Shown here in pieces: positions 58,051 through 64,000 of a stretch of DNA of 64,000 nt. The DNA comes from Candidatus Aenigmatarchaeota archaeon. Lineage in GTDB: Archaea > Aenigmatarchaeota > Aenigmatarchaeia > CG10238-14 > SCSR01. Under the pieces are notes generated by a model. That model ran no database searches. It was not told where the DNA came from and worked only from the letters and a program-made list of their open reading frames with translations. The stretch spans positions 68,821-132,820 of the forward strand of contig JACPJT010000007.1 of assembly GCA_016187415.1 (NCBI GenBank). Reading direction: 5' to 3'. Position numbers and translations under genes: made by a program. How positions within the stretch are numbered: the first letter of the stretch is position 1; every line of letters begins with the position of its first letter.

Positions 58051-58947
58051 TTACTTCCAGACACAGATCCTGACTGTGGAAACCTTTAGCGTGCCGTCTG
58101 GATTCTGGATCAATCGCGGCTCCTCATAACATGCTATATTATTGGCCGTCGTTTCTGTGGTCTTCTGCGTGCCGACCGTCTGTTTTACTGTAAACGTGGT
58201 TGAGTTGGTCCATGTTACGCTGGTTGTGGGGTCTGTCACGTTGGCAATGACTTGGTAAGGACCTATAGAGGATGGTGCAGTAAAGTTGCACGTATAGCCG
58301 CCAGTTGAATTAGTCGCAGTTGAGCATACAAGAGTGGAATTGACATATATGTTGACATCCGACGGATCGGCAGAAGTGTCTACTGCAGTGCCGTCTGATC
58401 TTGTCGCCACTCCCTGCAGGCCAACGGACTCATTCCAGATTGGCTGGGTATTATTCAGAATCATAGTTATGGTGACGTTGAATGATTCTTGGACGCACAC
58501 TTGATTGGTGTAATATCCGCATGCTCCGATATGCGTATCGTTCTGTTGATAGAACGACAAGGCGCATGTCTCCCTTGATAAGCAAGACGCTCTTATGTTG
58601 GTTACAATGGGATTACTGGCCGTTTTTGCGCACACGACATCATCATAATAATATGATGACGCTGCATGGGAATTTGCCGTCTGATACATGGAAACAAGCC
58701 GGCCTTCACCGGCGTTGCACGAGTATGTCCTAACTGTAGCGGACGTTATTTCTGTGCAGCAGATTTTGGTGGTATATTCAGAATCGCAACTGCCGACATG
58801 CGAATTGTTCTGTTGGTACACGTTGAACACACAGGTTTCTCCCCCATTGCACGTCGTCCTGAATGTGCATGTCGGTATCGCCTCGGATCCGACTGCCATT
58901 GTCAGCGAGAAAAAGAAGAAAATCAGGAGCATAAAGTAAGCTTTCAT
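58051..58947 (-). CDS. Secreted Cys-rich protein with three internal Cys-motif repeats
   Basis: Signal peptide. Motif C...(F/M)YQ(Q/T)N.(S/T)H.G.C repeated three times. Confidence 0.4.
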   Translation of the reverse strand: MKAYFMLLIFFFFSLTMAVGSEAIPTCTFRTTCNGGETCVFNVYQQNNSHVGSCDSEYTTKICCTEITSATVRTYSCNAGEGRLVSMYQTANSHAASSYYYDDVVCAKTASNPIVTNIRASCLSRETCALSFYQQNDTHIGACGYYTNQVCVQESFNVTITMILNNTQPIWNESVGLQGVATRSDGTAVDTSADPSDVNIYVNSTLVCSTATNSTGGYTCNFTAPSSIGPYQVIANVTDPTTSVTWTNSTTFTVKQTVGTQKTTETTANNIACYEEPRLIQNPDGTLKVSTVRICVWK

Positions 58948-59007
58948 AAAATTTAATTACCGTCAGACGAAATAAGTTTATAAATCCGCAATCCAAACAA
59001 TTGTTAA

Positions 59008-59601
59008 ATGGTTATTAAAAAAACTATAGGCATTGCAGGAGTTTTTCTTATAGGCATCGTGCTCGGTATCGTGATAAGTTCATTGTCACCGCTCAACTTA
59101 ACTACGCTGGTCAATGGCGACGTTTCATCGAAAGTAAAAAGTCTTTACGAACTTGTCAATCCCGGAGTTAGTGTAAGCGTTGTCAAGATAGACGACGTAA
59201 ACGGGATGTATAAAGTCCTTTTCAAGGCCGTTGACGTATCGGGCGGCGTAACTTATCGGGAAACTTTCATCACAAAAGACGGCAAACTTCTTACAGAAAA
59301 TATGGTTCAGGTGGATCCTTCCATATCTCAGTTGAATAAGACCCATAATTTTGTGGATTGCCTCGCGACTAAAGATGTCAAGGTAGCAGGCATTGCCAAT
59401 GATACGGTCACATTGATGCAGTTTAACGCTCTTGGCGGCTCTTATGCGACAAAATTATATCTCAGTTGCGACGGCGGGCAGGTGCAGCAATGTGTCAACA
59501 GCGGCATAACTCAGGTGCCAGCGGTAATTTACAACAGTAAGATATATGCGGGTGTCCAGACAATCCAGTTCTTGGGTAACCTGACCGGGTGCACTTTCTA
59601 A
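59008..59601 (+). CDS. Membrane-anchored extracytoplasmic protein, possibly thioredoxin-fold (thiol-disulfide oxidoreductase-like)
   Basis: Signal anchor. Cys pairs (VDCLATKD; CDGGQVQQC). C-terminal QVPAVIY resembles the cis-Pro region of Trx/Grx folds. Weak. Confidence 0.25.
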   Translation: MVIKKTIGIAGVFLIGIVLGIVISSLSPLNLTTLVNGDVSSKVKSLYELVNPGVSVSVVKIDDVNGMYKVLFKAVDVSGGVTYRETFITKDGKLLTENMVQVDPSISQLNKTHNFVDCLATKDVKVAGIANDTVTLMQFNALGGSYATKLYLSCDGGQVQQCVNSGITQVPAVIYNSKIYAGVQTIQFLGNLTGCTF

Positions 59602-59738
59602 GTGAACTCACTGCACACCAATTCTCAAACGCGTGATCACAGCAATCATGCATATCAGAAGAAAATAGCATTTAAATTCAGCAAATGCGATATATTAAAT
59701 AACTGCTCTTTAAGGGTAGTTTGAATCGATATGCATAA

Positions 59739-59975
59739 ATGGTTAGCAAAGAGAGCCGTCTCATGAAAAACAACTTTAGAGAGAGAATATTGGAATTATT
59801 AAAATCCAGGCCGGACGGTCTGACGATTTTGGACATATCAATACAATTGCGCGCCAACCGCAACACGATCACAAAATACATCTATGAGCTTTCCGGCGCA
59901 GGCGTGATTAATCAGCGAAGAATAGGCGTTGCAAAGCTCTGCTCGCTTTCAAAATATGCTCGGAGGGATAAATGA
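59739..59975 (+). CDS. Small winged-helix transcriptional regulator
   Basis: 78-aa wHTH (ILELLKSRPDGLTILDISIQLRANRNTITKYIYELSGAGVI). Its stop overlaps the start of the giant ORF (ATGA). Confidence 0.55.
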   Translation: MVSKESRLMKNNFRERILELLKSRPDGLTILDISIQLRANRNTITKYIYELSGAGVINQRRIGVAKLCSLSKYARRDK

Positions 59976-62900
59976 TGAGGAAATTGTTTATAGTCTCATT
60001 TTCGATTGCATTCATGATATCTTTAAATGCCGTTGTAGCTGCGAATGTCCAGTCTCATCCGTTATCGCAATTATATCCTTTCGACGTCAACCTCAATGTC
60101 ACTGGCGTGAACATAACCAATGTATCCTATGTATTTTTCGGGAACAATTCTGTTGATACCTATCTTTACCGTTCTGGGACGAACACACTTCAGACCGCCA
60201 GCAATCTGGTGGTCACAGGCGGGTGGATCAATTCCACAAGCATCAACGCATCGTCGCTGTTGAATTCGCAGAATATAATTTCGGCAAGCTGGGTCAATGC
60301 GACTAACTTGAATGCCACTAATAACGCTACAATAGGAGGATATGTCGGCGTCGGGATCGCATTGCCGCAATCCAAGCTGCATGTCCAAGGCGCATCAACA
60401 ACGTTGCTGAATGTAAGCAATTCCACTACATCATATCTGCTGATCGACGATTCAAATCAGATTGTCAATTTCTTCGCGCCGATAACCCAGACGGAAGGCA
60501 AGGTGAACATAGGAGGACCTGGCAGCATAATTTCAGATACGCCCGGTTCAAACCAACTCTTGACTTTTGACAGTTTCTTCGGCTTCAGGCTTGGCGCAGA
60601 CCAGATAACTTTGAATCTTGAAGTCGAGAATGGAGGCTGGATATCCCCTCCAATCATGTCGTTTAACAGGCAAGGACAAGGAGTAGGCATCAACGTCTTC
60701 ACCCCAACTAGCGCCTATCTCGATGTCAACACTTCTGCAACAGCAAAACCTGCGCTAATAGTAAGAGGCAGCGCAGCATCCACTTCCAATATCACAGAAT
60801 GGAGGGACGGCGGCAACAACAAGCTGGTGAGCATAGACAATCAAGGATCGTTATTGGTTGGAAACGGCACAACAGGATTGTTCGCAAATGCGTCATCAGG
60901 CAAGGTCGGGATAGGGATACTGACGCCGACTACAAAATTGGATGTTGTCGGGCAGATAAACGCCACAAAAATTACTGTGAATGGTTCCGATGTTGTTTCA
61001 ATCGCAAATTCGACAGCAGGCAGCAACGGTCTTGTCGGGTACTGGACATTTGACGAGGGTGCTGGGAGCAACGTTTATGACGCTTCCGGTTATGACGATA
61101 CGGGCGTACTGGTGAACATGAACATTACAGGCAATGCAACAAGCGGTTGGAATGTCACCGGCTGCAAGTCTGGCGGATGCATGAATTTTGACGGAATTAA
61201 TGATTATATTAACGTCACGGATAATCCAGTTCTAAATATTTCGGGTTCGATTACGCTTTCAGCTTGGGTAAAAATTGGGGTCGGTTCAGGCGGCGGAATG
61301 ATACTGGCCAAGCAACAGGACTTGGCAGGCACAGCAGACGACAGCGGATATTTTCTATCTGGCGCTAGTTCACCAAGATTTTTAATCGACAACGCCGGCA
61401 CAACTAGCGATATATTCGGCACTACCGATTTGAGGGACAACAAGTGGCATTTGTTGACAGGGACTTACGATTATTCAACAGGCATCACAAGAGTCTATGT
61501 TGACGGAAAGCAGGAAAATTCAGGCACATTCTCCACCACGATAGGCTTGATAAACAAGAGTTTCATAATCGGCGACAGGGCGCAATTGGATTCGCATTTC
61601 AACGGAACCATCGACGAAGCCAAGATATACAACAGGGCGCTGTCTTCAGACGAAATAAGGGCGGAGTTTATTGCAGGCAGTGGCGGGCAGGTTATTTTGT
61701 CCGCGAAGAATCTGGTTGTTGGCAACTGGGTTAATACATCCAACATCAACGTCAGCTCTACCTTCAACGCGCCGAACATTGTCGCAGGCGGCGGCTGGAT
61801 AAACGGGACGAATTTTAATGCATCCAGTACTATTTACGGCACCAACTTGATATCATACGGCTGGGTGAACACGTCTGCATTGAATATTACAGGAACTAAT
61901 GCAGCTGTCACCCCGTTGACAGTGCAGGCAAAATCAGGCCAGACAGCAAACATAACAATGGTGCAAAACGCTTCAGGATTTCCGTTTATGTGGGTGAACT
62001 CGTCAGGCAGCCTGAATCTGCAGCAGCCATCAGACAGCATCCCGAGTTTTTCAGCATACGGTTATGATGGTCGTGTTGTCACACAGTTTTATTGGAACGC
62101 CGGAGGCGGCAATTTAATGTATTGGCAGGCACCTGGTTCGAATCTTCAAATAAGTGCGGGAGGTGCTATAAATATCTTACCCGTCGACACACTAACTATC
62201 ACGGGCTTGGATTCCACGCATGGCAATAATGTAAGGCTTGTCGTCAAGGGCACAACAGACCAGACAGGTAATCTGACGGAATGGCGAGATTCCGGCGCAA
62301 ATAAGTTGGCGTCTGTCAGTTCCAAGGGCGACCTCTTGATAGGAAACAATACAATTGGGTTATACGCCAATGCGACGACAGCCAACGTTGGCATCGGAAC
62401 CACATCCATCGGCAACTACAAGCTGAACGTCATCGGCGACATAAACGCCTCATGGGGCAACTTCACCAATCTCAATATCTCAAGCACATTCAACGCTCCC
62501 AACGTAGTGTCGGCAGGAGGATGGATAAATGCAAGCAATGTGAATGCGACAAATGCAGTCTATGCAACGAACGGCACATTCTACAGTTCTATAATACAAA
62601 AAGCTACATCATCCCCAGCAATCATAGGCTCCGTCAGCGATACAAGAATCAATTCTTCATACAGCGTATACGTCTCCGGCAAATACGCCTACGTCACTTC
62701 CTATAACAACAAAAGTCTAAGCGTCATTGACATCTCCGACCCAACATCACCGAATATAGCGGGCTCCATAAGCGACGGTCGCATAGGAAACGCACTGGCA
62801 GTTCAGGTCTCCGGCAAATACGCCTACGTCACAGACAACGGCTTTAATTTCACAGTGATTGATGTCTCCAACCCGTCCAATCCAACTTTCATCAGCTCTA

Positions 62901-64000
62901 TTAAAGACACAACCAATCTCGGCGTTGGTTATTCGATATACGTCTCCGGCAAATACGCCTACGTCCCAGCTACTATATCAAACAGATTCACAATCATTGA
63001 CATCTCCGACCCTTCCTCGCCAACCGTCGTGGGGTCGCTTAACGACAACAGGCTTTCGCACATTGAGCAAGCTTATATCGTCGGCAAATACGCCTACGTC
63101 ACTGGTTGGGGCAACAATAGTGTCAGCGTAGTGGATATGTCAAATCCAACATCGCCCGCCATCGTAGGCTCGGTGGAAAACAGCACTTATCTTACACAGG
63201 TGGATGGGATATACATCTCCGGCAAATACGCCTACGTCACCTCCTATAACGGAGGATCAAGTTATTTCACAATCATCAATGTTTCGAATCCAACTTCGCC
63301 CACCATTGTAAGCGCAGTCACGGACTCGACCAAGTTCAATTATCTTCCAAATGTCCAAGTCTCCGGCAAATACGCCTACGTCGTATCAAATTTGTATAAT
63401 GGGTTGACAGTGATTGATGTTTCCAACGCATCATCTCCAACCATTGTCGGCACAGTCAGCGACGGCACGAATTTATTAAGTTCCTTTAATATCTACGTCT
63501 CCGGCAAATACGCCTACGTCGTAGGCAATGGCAATGCTGCCCGTCTTACTGTAATTGATATCGGCGGCATTGATTCTTCATCCGCAAACATAGGAGACTT
63601 GTCAGCTTCGACAATAGACGTCACAGACAATTTGGATGTTGGAAACAATCTTTATGTCCGTAGCGGCATTAATGTGGGTCCTGGCGGGATTAGAACAGAC
63701 GGACCAGTAAGCCTAACCAACAATACTTTTGTTACAACCGAGTCTGGAAGAATTGGAGTAGGAACAAACACCACTGGCAACTATAAACTGAATGTGATAG
63801 GAGACATCAATGCGACTTGGCTCAACGCGACTAATCTCAATACGACAGGCACGTCATTCGTGAACAATCTGCAATCTTATAATTGGCTCAACGCCACCAA
63901 CCTGAACGCATCTGGCTGGACGAATACAACGAACTTGAATGTCTCCAGCAACGCTTATGTCAACCATTCGTTGTGCGTAGGAAATATATGCAATACAACA
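59972..64000 (+). CDS. Giant secreted surface protein (partial, continues beyond window): Sec signal, beta-rich Asn/Ser/Thr region, LamG domain, LVIVD-type beta-propeller repeats
   Basis: Hand translation from ATG 59972 is stop-free to 64000 (more than 1340 aa). LamG signatures: GYWTFDEGAGSNVYDASGYDDTG, MNFDGINDY, KWHLLTGTYDYSTGITRVYVDGK, and FNGTIDEAKIYNRALSSDEI. There are seven or more 45-48-aa repeats of YVSGKYAYV(T/V)...(F/L)(T/S)VIDVSNP(T/S)SP.IVGS. Confidence 0.6.
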   Translation, partial: MMRKLFIVSFSIAFMISLNAVVAANVQSHPLSQLYPFDVNLNVTGVNITNVSYVFFGNNSVDTYLYRSGTNTLQTASNLVVTGGWINSTSINASSLLNSQNIISASWVNATNLNATNNATIGGYVGVGIALPQSKLHVQGASTTLLNVSNSTTSYLLIDDSNQIVNFFAPITQTEGKVNIGGPGSIISDTPGSNQLLTFDSFFGFRLGADQITLNLEVENGGWISPPIMSFNRQGQGVGINVFTPTSAYLDVNTSATAKPALIVRGSAASTSNITEWRDGGNNKLVSIDNQGSLLVGNGTTGLFANASSGKVGIGILTPTTKLDVVGQINATKITVNGSDVVSIANSTAGSNGLVGYWTFDEGAGSNVYDASGYDDTGVLVNMNITGNATSGWNVTGCKSGGCMNFDGINDYINVTDNPVLNISGSITLSAWVKIGVGSGGGMILAKQQDLAGTADDSGYFLSGASSPRFLIDNAGTTSDIFGTTDLRDNKWHLLTGTYDYSTGITRVYVDGKQENSGTFSTTIGLINKSFIIGDRAQLDSHFNGTIDEAKIYNRALSSDEIRAEFIAGSGGQVILSAKNLVVGNWVNTSNINVSSTFNAPNIVAGGGWINGTNFNASSTIYGTNLISYGWVNTSALNITGTNAAVTPLTVQAKSGQTANITMVQNASGFPFMWVNSSGSLNLQQPSDSIPSFSAYGYDGRVVTQFYWNAGGGNLMYWQAPGSNLQISAGGAINILPVDTLTITGLDSTHGNNVRLVVKGTTDQTGNLTEWRDSGANKLASVSSKGDLLIGNNTIGLYANATTANVGIGTTSIGNYKLNVIGDINASWGNFTNLNISSTFNAPNVVSAGGWINASNVNATNAVYATNGTFYSSIIQKATSSPAIIGSVSDTRINSSYSVYVSGKYAYVTSYNNKSLSVIDISDPTSPNIAGSISDGRIGNALAVQVSGKYAYVTDNGFNFTVIDVSNPSNPTFISSIKDTTNLGVGYSIYVSGKYAYVPATISNRFTIIDISDPSSPTVVGSLNDNRLSHIEQAYIVGKYAYVTGWGNNSVSVVDMSNPTSPAIVGSVENSTYLTQVDGIYISGKYAYVTSYNGGSSYFTIINVSNPTSPTIVSAVTDSTKFNYLPNVQVSGKYAYVVSNLYNGLTVIDVSNASSPTIVGTVSDGTNLLSSFNIYVSGKYAYVVGNGNAARLTVIDIGGIDSSSANIGDLSASTIDVTDNLDVGNNLYVRSGINVGPGGIRTDGPVSLTNNTFVTTESGRIGVGTNTTGNYKLNVIGDINATWLNATNLNTTGTSFVNNLQSYNWLNATNLNASGWTNTTNLNVSSNAYVNHSLCVGNICNTT
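62678..63520. repeat. Seven in-frame copies of nucleotide-perfect 18-mer ggcaaatacgcctacgtc (spacing 135-144 nt) marking LVIVD repeat cores
   Basis: Copies at 62678, 62813, 62948, 63083, 63221, 63365 and 63503. Flanking codons diverge. Confidence 0.85.

Noticed and set aside
62678-63520. Regularly spaced identical approximately 18-24-nt repeats that a repeat finder might flag as a CRISPR array
   Set aside because: All copies are in-frame within one long ORF. Spacings are multiples of 3. The repeats encode the GKYAYV core of LVIVD protein repeats. There are no cas genes nearby.

Overview
This 64-kb window is archaeal. Evidence: archaeal histone, RadA, Top6A/B, aIF-1A, ribosomal proteins S3Ae, S17e and S15P, tRNA-splicing endonuclease, AglB, and intron-containing tRNAs. 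GC content is moderate to low. Housekeeping genes are interleaved with a very large accessory complement of cell-surface genes. (1) 17.0-28.2 kb is a type IV pilus-like locus. It holds a GspE/FlaI-family ATPase and a polytopic platform-like membrane protein. It also holds at least 11 genes whose N-termini look like archaeal class III (prepilin) signal peptides, i.e. M-x0-2-K/R-(A/G) followed by a hydrophobic helix. Three of these are small Cys-rich paralogs, and a truncated relic of a fourth copy is present. A HEPN/MNT toxin-antitoxin pair is embedded among them. (2) 52.5-58.9 kb is a minus-strand, translationally coupled operon. It encodes pilin-like proteins, two LamG (concanavalin-like) lectin-domain proteins, an Ig-like repeat protein with a C-terminal TM anchor, and a Cys-rich secreted protein. 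(3) From 59972 to the window end runs a giant open reading frame (more than 1340 aa, still open at 64000). It has a LamG domain, extreme N-glycosylation sequon density, and seven or more LVIVD-type beta-propeller repeats. The 18-nt core of these repeats (ggcaaatacgcctacgtc) is nucleotide-perfect in all copies. The ORF is ATGA-coupled to a small wHTH regulator. Other notable items follow. There are four tRNA loci, three of them with introns or insertions; one (Trp) has a canonical 40-nt intron. A LAGLIDADG homing-endonuclease gene sits beside a tRNA and upstream of EndA. There is an orphan-looking R-M pair with an in-frame stop between a Zn-ribbon and a PD-(D/E)xK module. There are several tandem paralog arrays of membrane proteins and lipobox proteins, and a bacterial-type MetK. 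No CRISPR, integrase or transposase was recognised. All functional calls rest on motif recognition by eye; no database searches were possible.
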